From Trichodelitschia bisporula (Eukaryota): a stretch of DNA of 64,000 bases. Both the position numbers and the translations under genes were made by a program. The stretch lies in contig ML996703.1 of NCBI GenBank assembly GCA_010356995.1, forward strand, positions 496,001 to 560,000, read 5' to 3'. Below, piece after piece: positions 38,743 to 50,219 of this stretch (the stretch's first letter is position 1; each line of letters opens with the position of its first letter). Under the pieces are notes generated by a model, which had not been told where the DNA came from, made no database searches, and worked only from the letters and a program-made list of their open reading frames with translations.

Positions 38743-39699
38743 GCTCCGAAGACGGGGCGACTCCGCTCTGCAGTAAGAGGCCGCCGGGAAAAGAAGAAGC
38801 ATTGATGCATATGTAAATCAAGCCATTTTGGGGCATTTTGATCATCGGGCGCTTCCGGCACTGTCGTTATTCGCCAACATGATGACAAGCTACTGTGAAA
38901 ATTCGGGTCAAAAGATGGGAGTTGGCCGTGATTGCTTACTGTGCATGCTGCACACGGAAGTCAAGCCAATTGCGGCGCCGCAATGATCTCGTAAGTGGTT
39001 CTGCGGGTTAATCAGCCTTTGGCCTAGGGAAAGGAGTACGAAGTTAAAAGAGTTTGCATTCAGGGCACAATCTGATAAGTTAAGACGACGATTTGCTCCA
39101 TCCCTTCCTACAGTACCACCGGACATCACCATCACCCATCGTCGAAACGGGAGGTCGGTGAAAGGACAACACAGACCACCCGACCCGGTCGGAGCGATTA
39201 CGTCAACGGCGACCCCTCATTCTACCTAGCAAGCAACGCTTTGTCCCTCCCTCTCCCACTCCCGCCTCTTCACCCCCCCCCCCCCAACTCCGTCATTCCA
39301 ACCACCACCTTTTTCCAAGCTTTCAGCGCTGGAGACAACCCCCAAAATAGACGCCACAGCATCAATTTCGTCACTTCCCCCGTTAAACTTCAAACGTCGG
39401 CCAGCCACACTCTCAAACACCGCCTTGGCTCTTCATTCCCGAACTTGCCCTTGCGGACAAACAGCCTTTCCCCGCCTCGGTACCGAACCAGCCTACTCCG
39501 CCCCCGGTCGACGTCACCTAGTTCAATGCAAGCTTTCCTGCCTGCAGCTTGTACCTAAAGCCTGCCGCAATCCCCCCCCCAACTCTACAGCATCGACCTC
39601 CCATCATCGACTTCTCAACAATCGCATCCCTGGTGCCCTTTGTCATCGCCTCACTCACTACTATCAACCCCTCGATTGCTCTTCGAGTTCAGGGCCAAA

Positions 39700-42600
39700 A
39701 TGTCTTCTTTGAAGAGGGCTCTGGGGAAGCTCAAGCCTTCATCCAGCAGCAACCCACCGAGCGATACTGAATCAAGCACCGAACTTCCGGGCAAGACGGC
39801 CTCCCCTCGGGGATCGACGACCCTCTCCCAGTCGCCTCGCAGCTCGATTACCTTCGGTCGCAAGAGTGAGACGTTCCCGCAAGCGGCGTCCTCCCCACGC
39901 AGTAGTGGCATTTTCTTCCGCAATAGTAAAGGCGAGAACTCCAGCCATCACAGTCCCGTTCGGGCTCTCAAGGAGAAGCTGCATATCGGCGATGATTCCA
40001 GCGATGATGTCGACGTGCCGCTCAATCGCGATGGTGAAAAAATGAGCAAGAACCAGCTGCGAAAGGCGGAGAGGCAGGCTGAGAAAGAACAACATCAGCG
40101 GGAGGTTGAAGAGCGAGTGGCGGCAGCTGCTGAAAGGCGGAAGCAGATGCAGGAACAGGCGCTCAAGGAAGAATCCAAGGAGTCAAGGGCGCGATACGGC
40201 AACTTCCCCATCAACCACTACGCTGGCGAGTGGAAGCACGAATCTCGCTTCAACATCCTGCATCTCACAGAGTCTCACATCGGACAGGAGATACTCTTCA
40301 GGGCTAGAATTCACAACATCCGCAAAATGAGCGCACATTTGGTCTTCTTTGTCTTCCGTCAACAGACAGCCACGATGCAAGGCGTTCTCCAGGAAGGTGG
40401 CGATATTTCGCGTTTCTTCTTATACTGGGCAGAGCATCTGGATGTGGAAACGATCGTGCTGGTCCGAGGCGTCGTGCAGATACCAAAGGCAAAGGAAGGA
40501 CAGGTCAAGGGTGCCACCATCAAGAGCTGTGAGCTTCGCGTCACCGAGCTCCACGTTGAGGGTCAAGTGACCGAACCCCTACCCTTTACCGTTCACGAGG
40601 CGGAGGTCACCCGAGCCGAGACGGAGGAGGATGGCGATACTCGGCAGATTATCACCGACCGAGTACGCCAGTCCAATCGCATCATCGATCTCAGAACGAC
40701 CGCCGCACAGAGTATTTTCAGGATTCAGTCTGGAGTATGCAACTTGTTCCGCGGATTCCTTGATTCACAAGGCTTCATCGAAATCCATACGCCGAAGCTG
40801 CAAGGTGCGGCAACTGAGTCTGGTGCTAGTGTCTTCAAGGTCAATTACTTTGGCCGTCCAGCCTTCCTTGCTCAGAGCCCGCAGCTAGCCAAGCAGATGT
40901 CCATTGCGGCCGACTTTGGCCGCGTATATGAAGTAGGTCCCGTGTTCCGAGCGGAGAATAGCAACACCCATCGGCATTTGACCGAGTTCACTGGGCTGGA
41001 TCTCGAAATGGCCATAGACGAACATTATCACGAGGTGCTTACTATGTTGGATCGTACCTTCAAGCATATCTTCAAAGGCATCTACGAGAACTACCGCCAT
41101 GAGATCGACGTTGTTCAGCACCAGTTCCCGCACGAAGACCTTGTGTGGATTGAAGAGACGCCACGTATCCCTTTCGCCGAGGGAATCCGGCTGTTGAACG
41201 ATTCTGGATGGCGGGACGAACATGGCAACCCGTTGCCAGAGGATGAGGATCTGGGCACCCGGGATGAGATTGAGCTTGGGCGGTTGGTCAAGGAAAAGTA
41301 TGGAACGGATTATTACATCCTCGACAAGTTCCCGGTCGGGGCCAGACCGTTTTATGCGATGCCGGATCCTCTTAATCCCAACGTCACAAACTCTTTCGAC
41401 ATCTTCCTCCGTGGACAAGAAATTCTTTCCGGAGGGCAACGTATCCATGATGCGCCCACGCTGATCAAACAACTCGAGAACCACAAGATCGATCCGAGGA
41501 GTATGGAAGAATATGTCCAGGGCTTTGAGTGGGGCGCGCCACCGCACGGAGGAGGTGGTATTGGTTTGGAGCGCATGGTGATGTTGCTGTTGAAGCTTGG
41601 TGATATTCGCCATAGCTCGCTCTTCCCTCGCGACCCCAAGTCCCTCCCGGAAAGGCCTCCGCTCAAGCTTCTCAGGCACCCAGAGCACAGTACCATGCAT
41701 CCTCCATGGGAAGGTAAAGACCGCGTGACGGCCGGCATCGACTTCCAACCGATTGAGAACCTCATCGCAAATTATGGTGATGCTTCCAATACCAGCTGGT
41801 TGGAACCGAGGACCCAGATCTGGCGTGACGAATTTACTGGCGCTGCTGTTGGCTACGTGCCACAGGACGGCTTCGCTATCACGATCGGCGACCCGCTCTG
41901 CCACGAATCGCAGTATCAAAAGACTATCGCGGGATACCTGCGTTTCATCAAGAAAGAACGCGGCCTCAAGCCGCTCTGGTTGCTGGTTGGCTCGTCTGTT
42001 GAAGAAGTTCTCGCGACCAAATTCAATTGGCGCACCTTCTCCGTAGTGGCCGAGCAGCGGCTTGACCCGTCACATAATCCGGCTCAGCATGATAACGACG
42101 TCCAACGCAAGATTAGGCATGCGGAGCGTGAGGGAGTTAAGATTTTTGACATCCCCATTGGTACCCCGGTTCCCCAGGAAATCCGCGACAAAGTTGACGC
42201 ACGTGTCGAAGACTGGCTCAAGAACCGCAAGGGCAAGCAAGTGCACTTGACGGATATCCACCCCTGGGAGGACATGCAGCACCGGCAGTACCACTACGCG
42301 ATGGATAAGTCGGGCACCATCTGTGCATTTGTCGCTTTGGCACAGCTGAGCCCGGATCATGGATGGCAGGTCAAGTACTCGCTTGACTTCCCTGGTGCGC
42401 CGTCGGGCAGCATTGAGTATGTCGTGATGCACGCGCTCAAGAAGGTGGCTGCCGATGGTTGCAACAGCGTAACGTTTGGCGGTGGTGCCAGTGCTTCCTT
42501 TACCCCGGGGCACAACATGAAGGGGACAAAGGTCAAGGTCCTGAGCAAGGCGTATCATGCCATTGTGAGTGAGCTGAAGCTCACGAATAAGACGGAGTTC

Positions 42601-42708
42601 AGGGAGAAGCTGGGCGCTCAAGAGGATCCGGTGTATGTTTGCTACCCTCCGCACGGGCTAGGGCCGCTGGGTGTCAAGGCCATCTTGACGTTCTTCGGTG
42701 ATGATTAG
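39700..42708 (+). CDS. erdS: Aspartyl-tRNA synthetase-DUF2156 fusion: ergosteryl-3beta-O-L-aspartate synthase
   Basis: OB-fold; eukaryotic AspRS motifs (LAQSPQ, FRAENSNTHRHLTEF, GAPPHGGGGIGLER, LFPRDP); then about 330-aa C-terminal domain with IGDPLC, VTFG, FREKLG, typical of DUF2156 aminoacyl-tRNA transferases; intronless. Confidence 0.9.
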   Translation: MSSLKRALGKLKPSSSSNPPSDTESSTELPGKTASPRGSTTLSQSPRSSITFGRKSETFPQAASSPRSSGIFFRNSKGENSSHHSPVRALKEKLHIGDDSSDDVDVPLNRDGEKMSKNQLRKAERQAEKEQHQREVEERVAAAAERRKQMQEQALKEESKESRARYGNFPINHYAGEWKHESRFNILHLTESHIGQEILFRARIHNIRKMSAHLVFFVFRQQTATMQGVLQEGGDISRFFLYWAEHLDVETIVLVRGVVQIPKAKEGQVKGATIKSCELRVTELHVEGQVTEPLPFTVHEAEVTRAETEEDGDTRQIITDRVRQSNRIIDLRTTAAQSIFRIQSGVCNLFRGFLDSQGFIEIHTPKLQGAATESGASVFKVNYFGRPAFLAQSPQLAKQMSIAADFGRVYEVGPVFRAENSNTHRHLTEFTGLDLEMAIDEHYHEVLTMLDRTFKHIFKGIYENYRHEIDVVQHQFPHEDLVWIEETPRIPFAEGIRLLNDSGWRDEHGNPLPEDEDLGTRDEIELGRLVKEKYGTDYYILDKFPVGARPFYAMPDPLNPNVTNSFDIFLRGQEILSGGQRIHDAPTLIKQLENHKIDPRSMEEYVQGFEWGAPPHGGGGIGLERMVMLLLKLGDIRHSSLFPRDPKSLPERPPLKLLRHPEHSTMHPPWEGKDRVTAGIDFQPIENLIANYGDASNTSWLEPRTQIWRDEFTGAAVGYVPQDGFAITIGDPLCHESQYQKTIAGYLRFIKKERGLKPLWLLVGSSVEEVLATKFNWRTFSVVAEQRLDPSHNPAQHDNDVQRKIRHAEREGVKIFDIPIGTPVPQEIRDKVDARVEDWLKNRKGKQVHLTDIHPWEDMQHRQYHYAMDKSGTICAFVALAQLSPDHGWQVKYSLDFPGAPSGSIEYVVMHALKKVAADGCNSVTFGGGASASFTPGHNMKGTKVKVLSKAYHAIVSELKLTNKTEFREKLGAQEDPVYVCYPPHGLGPLGVKAILTFFGDD

Positions 42709-43611
42709 TACAATGAAGCGGGGTGGGTAAAGGGGTTTACGGTTGTCATTCATTTAACGTTGTATTCCGCTCCGGTCGTAATGGTGGTGGAACGTAAAGC
42801 TTGAGTTGTTATCCCAAGTACCTTTTCCTGAGTTCGATGGATATACCATTTTGCTTTTGCAGTTGGTGTTTTGACGCTGATAGGAAAATCGGTTGGAAGT
42901 CCCAAGACTGACGCTTTCGCATGCATATATAATCTCGCTGAATCTGGTTTCATGAGCACGCTGAACTCATTGACGTCTGAGGCGGATGCGATCGCCCGGT
43001 AGCGTGCTGACTGCAGATGCAGATAACAGCCCACACGGAGCTCTCCCCGGGGAGGGAGGGGCCGGATAGTTAAACATCTCAGCCCGGAGAAGCTCGGAGG
43101 TATTGCAATTATGGTCAGGGGGAGCTAACATCACCAGAGTATTTCATCATAAGCTTAATCGCCTCTTCGTGCCTCTGTAAAACTATCCTATTCCTCAAGG
43201 CAGGCTACGTGAAATATACTCAGAGATTTAAGCTCATGGAGCCCAAGGGATATGGCAACCTCACATACTGACTGCGGGCCGATGCGCTGCACGCAACACT
43301 CGTCGAGCCGATCGGTTACCCCATTCGCATCCAGCGACTGCCAGACGTTGTACTTGCGGGGTTGGATGAGCATGGATGATTCACGGTGGCCCAGCATACT
43401 TTCCGGCTGGGGAAGATGACGTCGCGACAGGGTCGAGGCTCTGACGTAACCACATTGGAAGGGGAAGGTGCAGATGGACGCCAGAGTTTGATATCGCTCC
43501 ATATCGTTCCACTGCGAAGATCGCTTCATCTGCAACTTAACAAACAGCTGAAACCTTTTTGGTTCTAGTCCGCTGTTTGATATTACTTGATATATTCCCC
43601 ATACAATCACC

Positions 43612-45330
43612 ATGGCAACGCGCAAACCCGCCCTACCTGCTGTTGGCGAGTCCCAGACTATCCCTGCGCGTCATGGAGTGGCGACCTTCGTGCCTCGCGG
43701 GCATACTGTCACTGTACGCAACACCTATGGCTCGCAGGTCGTCGACATGTGGGCGTTTGCCCTGCATGAGCCACCGCGGGATGAAGACATTGATGAGGAA
43801 GGCAAAGAGGCAAAGGAGGAGAAGGATGCACAAGCCGCTCAGGGGGAAGAATTGAAGAGCAATCCGCCGATTAAGAAAGACAAGGAAGAGAAGAAGGAAG
43901 AGCAGAAGAGTGAGAAGGAGAAGACAGCGGAGGGTGAAAAGAGGGTTGCGGGAGATAACAAGAGCGATAAGGAGGCGGAGGAAGCGGCATCGCGCAGCTG
44001 GTCATCATACATGCCGACCTTACCGACCCCATGGTCGTCTCAGTCGCAGCCGAAAGAAGAAAAGGCCGTCAAAGAGCGGAACTGGGGATCTTACCTCCCG
44101 TCCGGCGTTGGCTTCAGCTCATATGTGCCATCTAAGGCGACGCTATCTGCCTTTGCTGCCTCCCGATACCGGGATCCAGATAAGAGTTACAAGGAGCAGC
44201 TGTACGATTTCAGCAAAACGCCCGTGGGGGCTGCGAGCCTGAGCGGTAGGTCGTGCGGGACGAAACACTACTCGAGCTGATCCCATCAAGGTATCACGGC
44301 GGCGGCATCGGGTGGCGGGTATGCCGGCTCGATTTACGCGGCGTATACAACCTATAGCCGTATGTCGGACAACGGTTCGAGCCCAGGCATGGAATTCCTT
44401 AGCATGGCCCACACACGAGATGCGCTGCAACGCTTGATACCGGGAGTTGGTGACACGCTTGTGTCGAACCTCCGTGCGCCTCTGCTCACGCTTCTCGAAG
44501 ACACGAGCCCAGGCACGCACGACACTTTGATGGCAGCTTGCGATCCGCAGTTGTACAAAGAGCTCGGTCTCGAGGACTGGGAGGCACACGGGAGCTGTGC
44601 TGAGAATCTGGTACTCGCACTCAAGGAGCTGAATGAACGCAATGGACTCAAGGGGAAGAATGCCGTCGGGAGCGATGTCTCTGTCAACTCTGTCCCTGCG
44701 CCGCTACATCTTTTCATGAGCGCACCATGGACGGAGGAGGGGGACGTGGAGCTCGGGAAACCGCAAGGAAAGAGGGGGGATTACGTCAAATTCCGTGCCG
44801 AGAGGAATACGGTGCTGGTGATGAGCGCTTGTCCACAGGACATGACTGGCATCAATGGGAAGAGGCCAATGGCAGCGAATTTCGTCGTGGAAGCACCCTC
44901 AGAGGACGACCAGAAGGCTACTGAAGAGGTCGAAGCCAGTACGCAAAACTCTGCCCAAACGGCTCAAGGTCGCGAGGCTGGAAAGGTTAGCAAATCTACA
45001 GGAGAAGGGGCAGAGAAGGTGATGAAAAAGGCGAAAGAAGGGGCGGATGGAAGCGACCGTTCGCAATCGAAACCGCAGACGAAGCAGCAGCAAACCTCCG
45101 CAGCGCTGAACACCACCGGGGATGCTTCAGCAAACCGTCGGGACAGCGTCGTATCCGACCGCCAGGAGACACCCGCAACGAAGCCAAAAGCAGCCAGGAC
45201 AAGTCAGAAGCCGGCGAAGCCTCAAACGGATGACATTGGCACAAAGCGCCCATCGATGGTTGGAGATAGTATACTGGGGAACAGCAGCGAACATATTGAC
45301 CCGACTATGCTGTTTACAAATAACGGTTAG
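43612..45330 (+). CDS. DUF1989 (urea carboxylase-associated family) protein with large insertion; 3' end uncertain
   Basis: GSQVVDMWAF..EFLSMAHTR..HDTLMAACD..SCAENL..PLHLFM..MSACPQD; intron about 44246-44290. Confidence 0.82.
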
Positions 45331-45741
45331 GTTAGGGGGGAGTGGATTACTGAACTGAGATTGGATTCCGTTTTTTCAAGCCTTACGCAGTCTGCCCATA
45401 CGACCTTCAGATTTGAATACTCAGATTTTGATAAATGTCGTTCTTTCTGTACGTCCGTATGCCACCTAAAATAACATAAAACATCTGGCACCGAGACTAC
45501 GATCGGTGTTGAGCTTCTAGCGAAAGTGATTCAGTCCCACCAAGATCCCCTCATGATCTAGGAGTTAACCAGAGAGCCGATCAACCGATATCCAACCACA
45601 CCCTCAACATTAGCATAATCACACATTAAATTATGCACATATCCAACGACCGAACGTGCCGTAATAGTCCGGCAACCCGGCCTGCAGGGCCAAGGGGGTC
45701 CAAGAATTTACCAACTCAGGCTTCACCTACCACCTCACCTC

Positions 45742-47017
45742 CTACGGTACCAACTTCGTAAGCAGTTTCCCCTTCGCCGTCGACCAAACCTCCTTCCGAT
45801 CCAGCTTCTTGTACGCCGGCCCCGTCGGGCCCGTATCGTACTTCCACGCCAGCGTGAAGATCTCGTCTTGGCGCGGGTCATCGACCTTATACCGCAAGTC
45901 GCCCCACCGGCCCACGTAGTACAGAAACCCGACCGGGGTTTCGGGATCGTACGGCGTGAAGATACCAAGCTTGGTGGTGTCGCGGCTCAGAACTTCGGGC
46001 TTCGGCGGCTGCGTCCCAGCTGGAACGGAGGCAGGTTGCGTCCACTTGTACCAGTACGCTGATTGGACGGGGTCCCACAGCGGACCGGCTTCGGTGTAGT
46101 CATTCACGAAGCCTGGCACGGGTAGGTGGAAGTCGGCGTTGTCATGGTTGTGCAGGCCGGTGACGGCGTAGTTGGCGTGTGAGCCGTTGGCTGAGAAGAC
46201 AAGGGGCTGGAAACGTTAGCACTGTGCATCGGTCCGTCACATGTGAGCCGATAGAGACGTACCCGTAGTCCGGTTTTGTCTTTCTGTAGCGTTTTGTAGG
46301 CGAAGGCCTGCCCGCCGGAGTGCTGCGAGAGCCAGACTGACTTCGGCTCGCCGTTCACGAAGCGAACCATGGTATGCTCCCAGTCGCCGACATGGTTTCC
46401 TGGCCGGGTCAGCGGATGGAGCAAATTAAGGAGTAAATCTCTCAGCTTACCAAGATTCTTCCCCAGCACAATGCCTCCCCAATTGAAAGCATAGAAGTAC
46501 ATGTAAAATGCATCAACGGTGCCATTGCCCTTCTCCACCACAATAACAGTGCACGTGGTTGCATCTTTCGTCAAGCCATCGACGTTTGGGGTAACCCCCT
46601 TGAGCCAGTTCGGCGTCTTGGAGATGTCGTCGTTTGAAGTGAGATAAACATTCGTGCCATTGGTTCCAGCCTCGTTCATCCGGTCCATAGTATCCAGATT
46701 GTACGGGTCTGGCTTCAGGTCTGGCAGGGCATTAAAATTCACTTTCGGTGTCGTGTTTGTTAGTTGCGCGCCGATGTCCGACGGCCCATAGATGTCGTCA
46801 GAGTGGAGATACACCAATGGTGCTGCAGTATGTGAGCGTTGCGCCACATGGTGGAGGGCCACGAGCCCAGCGTACCATATTTCACGACATAGTCGGGCAC
46901 TCCTTCGGGCGCATTCGCCTTGCCCGATATTAGAGGCGGGTCCACCATTTGACCGTTGGACTTTCCAAAGCAAGAGGTAAAGAGCGCAGCGATGCGAGCC
47001 ATATTCTTGACGCGCAT
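45742..47017 (-). CDS. Vps62-related protein; start uncertain
   Basis: VPDYVVKY/APLVYLHS; DAFYMYFYAFNWG; GNHVGDWEH; SANGSHANYA; GPLWDP; GRWGD; GPTGP; 3 introns. Confidence 0.87.
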
Positions 47018-48691
47018 CTTACCTGGGAGCGTGCGCTTTTAAACGCACGAGCGCGCCACACAGCTGAAGTGTGCTGAAAGGCTGAAGGCTGCAGGACAGC
47101 TGAGATGCACTGCAGCTAGGATCGCCGAGCTCAGCCTTTCCAGGAAGGAAACTCTCCGCCAATGACTGTAACGACGGTAACGACGGTAATGACGGTAACG
47201 ATGAATGGTCGATCAGAAACGCATGGACAAGCAGCTGAGAAACGTGCGCCTGATGTTGAGGCCAGGGAAGTGTGTTGTCGAGGAAGAGCATCGTGCAATG
47301 GCACGAGTGCCTAAATAGTATGTCTCGGAATAGGGGCCCGTCTAGAATTAAGGTTAGAAGAAATTGATAGAGGCAACATCTGAGGGCCAGTCTTAAGAGT
47401 GAAGAGATCGTCGACTTCGATGTACCAGCTTACATTAAACGTGCATTGGTTGACGCGAGATGAGTGGTCCGCTTTCGAGATGCCGATGGCCGGGATAGCG
47501 GCTTGGGACGCGGGACCGGCGGACATCCCCGTCGGCGTGGCCTCCACTGAGTCGTCGCTCCCATGACCTTCCAGATTCAACGTCGCCAACGGCATCATAT
47601 GGTGGACTACGGCATTCATGGTGATGCTGGAACGAAATCCATCCCCATGACGTCCTGATGCAGCAGGCGAAGTTCATGCTGTGCTAAAGTGCGGAGAGAA
47701 ATGCCGATATGCCTAGATGAGATCCTAGGAGCTGCCCCAGCTGACTGACATCAGGCCTGAGCTGCCGATAGGTCCTTCACTGCCATGCTTCGAAAGTCAA
47801 GTCAAGGCATCGGTGTCCGCTGGGCCAATGGATATGTTGGCGGTGGAAGTCATCCGGACAACTAAAGTTAGCAGACCCCACTTACGGTATGGAGGAGCCG
47901 TGCGTGCTGTCCGTGATTTTCATCTAACCTAGCACTGCGCGATTCTCCACGGCATACGTAACCTAGAGATGCGTGGTACGAGCCGCTTAGGAAAACCACC
48001 GACTCTCCTTTATAAGAAAGACAAAACCGCCTCTACAGCCGACTATAAGCATATCCACCGGAAGGAAGACAGCGGAGCAACGCTAAGCCATAACTGAAAA
48101 TGTTTCGCGAAGCGGACGCCTCCACCTAGTATCGATATAGGGAAGCAGGAGACGAAATGCTACCGCCACCGTTAGCATCTTGTGAATGGTCGCAGACAGC
48201 TATGCGGGCTGTCATATCGATCCTTATGCGTGCCTACATCTCCACCACCTGCTCCGCTTTAGGTATCCGCCTTTCACAAGGCATTGCGGTTGTAAAATCA
48301 TTCAGGCACTTGTCGTAATAGCTAGATCACCAACAGAAGTTCGCCTTGGAAAAGATTTTGTCACAGATCCCTGGCTTCTTGTCCCACCACAAGTTCCGAG
48401 GCGTCATCCTGGTGAACCGCGCCGTCTGGGGCTTGCCAGCGTCTAACCTTTGGAATAGCCTTGTTCTCATTGACTGCCAGGTATCTTTAGACCATATCCC
48501 ACATTTGAATCCGCAACATCCGGGCCTCTGCATTGCCAAACTGATATTACAGCAGCGCTTCTAGACAGCCTCCACTACTTCAACAGTCTCCGGTCTCTGG
48601 TGACGAGCCCCTGGTTCTATCATAACGGGCGTAGCGGATATACCTTTACTTGAGCTTCGTAGAACGAGCTGGTGTGGCTCGGTACGGGTAC

Positions 48692-48808
48692 ATAGGTGCA
48701 TCTGAGTTGTTTGAAGCATCTGAGGCAACTGCGCTGGGAATGAATAGACGATTCGAATCCAGAGTTGGTGCGGTCGCGGTTTAGAGTTTCTGCATGGCAT
48801 TTTTTGCG
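48692..48808 (-). pseudogene. Possible degenerate Zn(II)2Cys6 motif relic
   Basis: RKKCHAETLNRDR..CLRCFKQLRCTY with CGC at expected Cys1 and Cys3 positions; no downstream transcription-factor ORF. Confidence 0.25.
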
Positions 48809-50219
48809 GTTGACCTCCGGGTTGCGTGGCGTTTTGTACGCTACGGGTAGTTCTTGATGCTGGTGCGGTTGGTGATACTCGAGACTGAGACGAGCGATCT
48901 TAGATGGTGGCAAAGACTGTTCGATGCAGCTATCACCAACCTCCATTTTTGGATCCTGCGTTCTTCCTCCTGTTCCTGAAAAGCGGTCATTCATGAACCG
49001 TCCCAGGGGGTCCCCACTTTCCTATGCACCACACTCGCGATACACCAAGAGCAAGTGCTGCACGCCGCGCGGGGAAGCTTGTCGCAAAGCTTTGCATACG
49101 AAGCAATCGGAAGCACTGGCTAGTCCGCATCGAGACCAGACGAGCAACTTGGCGTTTAGCCCAACACTCAGCCAAGCCAACTCCCAAACCTCACCACTAA
49201 AGCGAAAAATCACCGACCGAAAGGCGGGCCGCAAAACTCATGCAAAGCATCACCAGCCGCCCGAGCTGCACATTCATGGAGAGCGTTTCAGCTCCTCGTG
49301 CCGCCTTTTCCTGTTCTTGCGCGCCGCGCTTGGAGTGATGGGAATAGCAATCACAGCTACACTCGATATATGCACTCGATGACCGCATGGAAAAACACGC
49401 CTTCATCAGTTCCTGAACCGTGAGCGAAACCGAGCTCTGATCGCCGTTTGTTTAGCCCGCACGAGCTGCCGCGTTGCAACAATGCCTTACTAACAGGCGA
49501 TCCCCCACCGTCGCGCAGGCCGCCTCATGTCCGTGCGGCGCCCGCACCACACCCGCAGGAAACAACTCTCGCCTGCCCCTTCCCCACGTCTCGGTCCAGA
49601 CCAACTCTCCCGCCTCGGCGTGCCGCATCGCAGACAGTGGAGCGCGGCCAAGCGGCCCAGAGCTGTTCTGGGCGGGCCGTGATTCGGGCAGTTAAGCTTC
49701 GCGCGCGGGCTTGAAACTGAGGGGCCGCGGTTGCGACCGTGATTACCCCGCCGAGAGGCGGCTCGCGGCTTCAGTGTACTTGGCTCAGGAGCTATGCTGC
49801 GCTATGCTACTCTTCGATTCTAGGCCTACGGAAGGTGGGTTGGGGCAGCTTGGCTGTGGGACTTCGCGATACTTGGCTGTGTGGGCTATGCTTGTTAAGC
49901 ATCTATTTTGTCGGGTTTGGGGGGCATGGCAGAGGACGAGCCACTTGGCGGCGCGTCTGAGAGGTTTCGATGCTAAGTGCCCCTTGTGGATCTCCTTGGG
50001 GATGTGGATATCGAGATGGAGAGGGGTTTATATAGCCCGTCGACATCGCGATGTTGAAGATCATCCACCAGCCAGCTTGAAGCTCAGCATCCTACCTTCT
50101 CTCGACTTACCTTCCATATCTTCGCTTCTTCTCTGTCGCAGGTCCGATAACCTTTCAGTATATAGATCTCCTTCATCACTTTTCAACACACTCCACTCAC
50201 ACCACCACCAACAGCAATA

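Noticed and set aside
38879..39075. ATGATGA box-C-like motif suggesting a C/D snoRNA
   Set aside because: No box D at a suitable distance, and no terminal stem or rRNA guide recognised.
39640..39699. TTG-started 20-codon extension of erdS in the ORF track
   Set aside because: Short enough to be chance; ATG 39700 has a strong AAA-ATG context.
30546..47017. Idea of a lipid/membrane gene cluster (MPO1, erdS, VPS62-like)
   Set aside because: Interspersed with ATP1 and tubulin; no shared motif seen; coincidence is sufficient.
47017..47027. CTTACCTGG resembling the U1 snRNA 5' end
   Set aside because: It is the reverse complement of a CAG|GTAAG donor-like site; no U1 stem-loops or Sm site follow.
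47168..47202. Short (AACGACGGT)-type 9-mer tandem repeat
   Set aside because: Simple slippage repeat with no spacers; not CRISPR-like.
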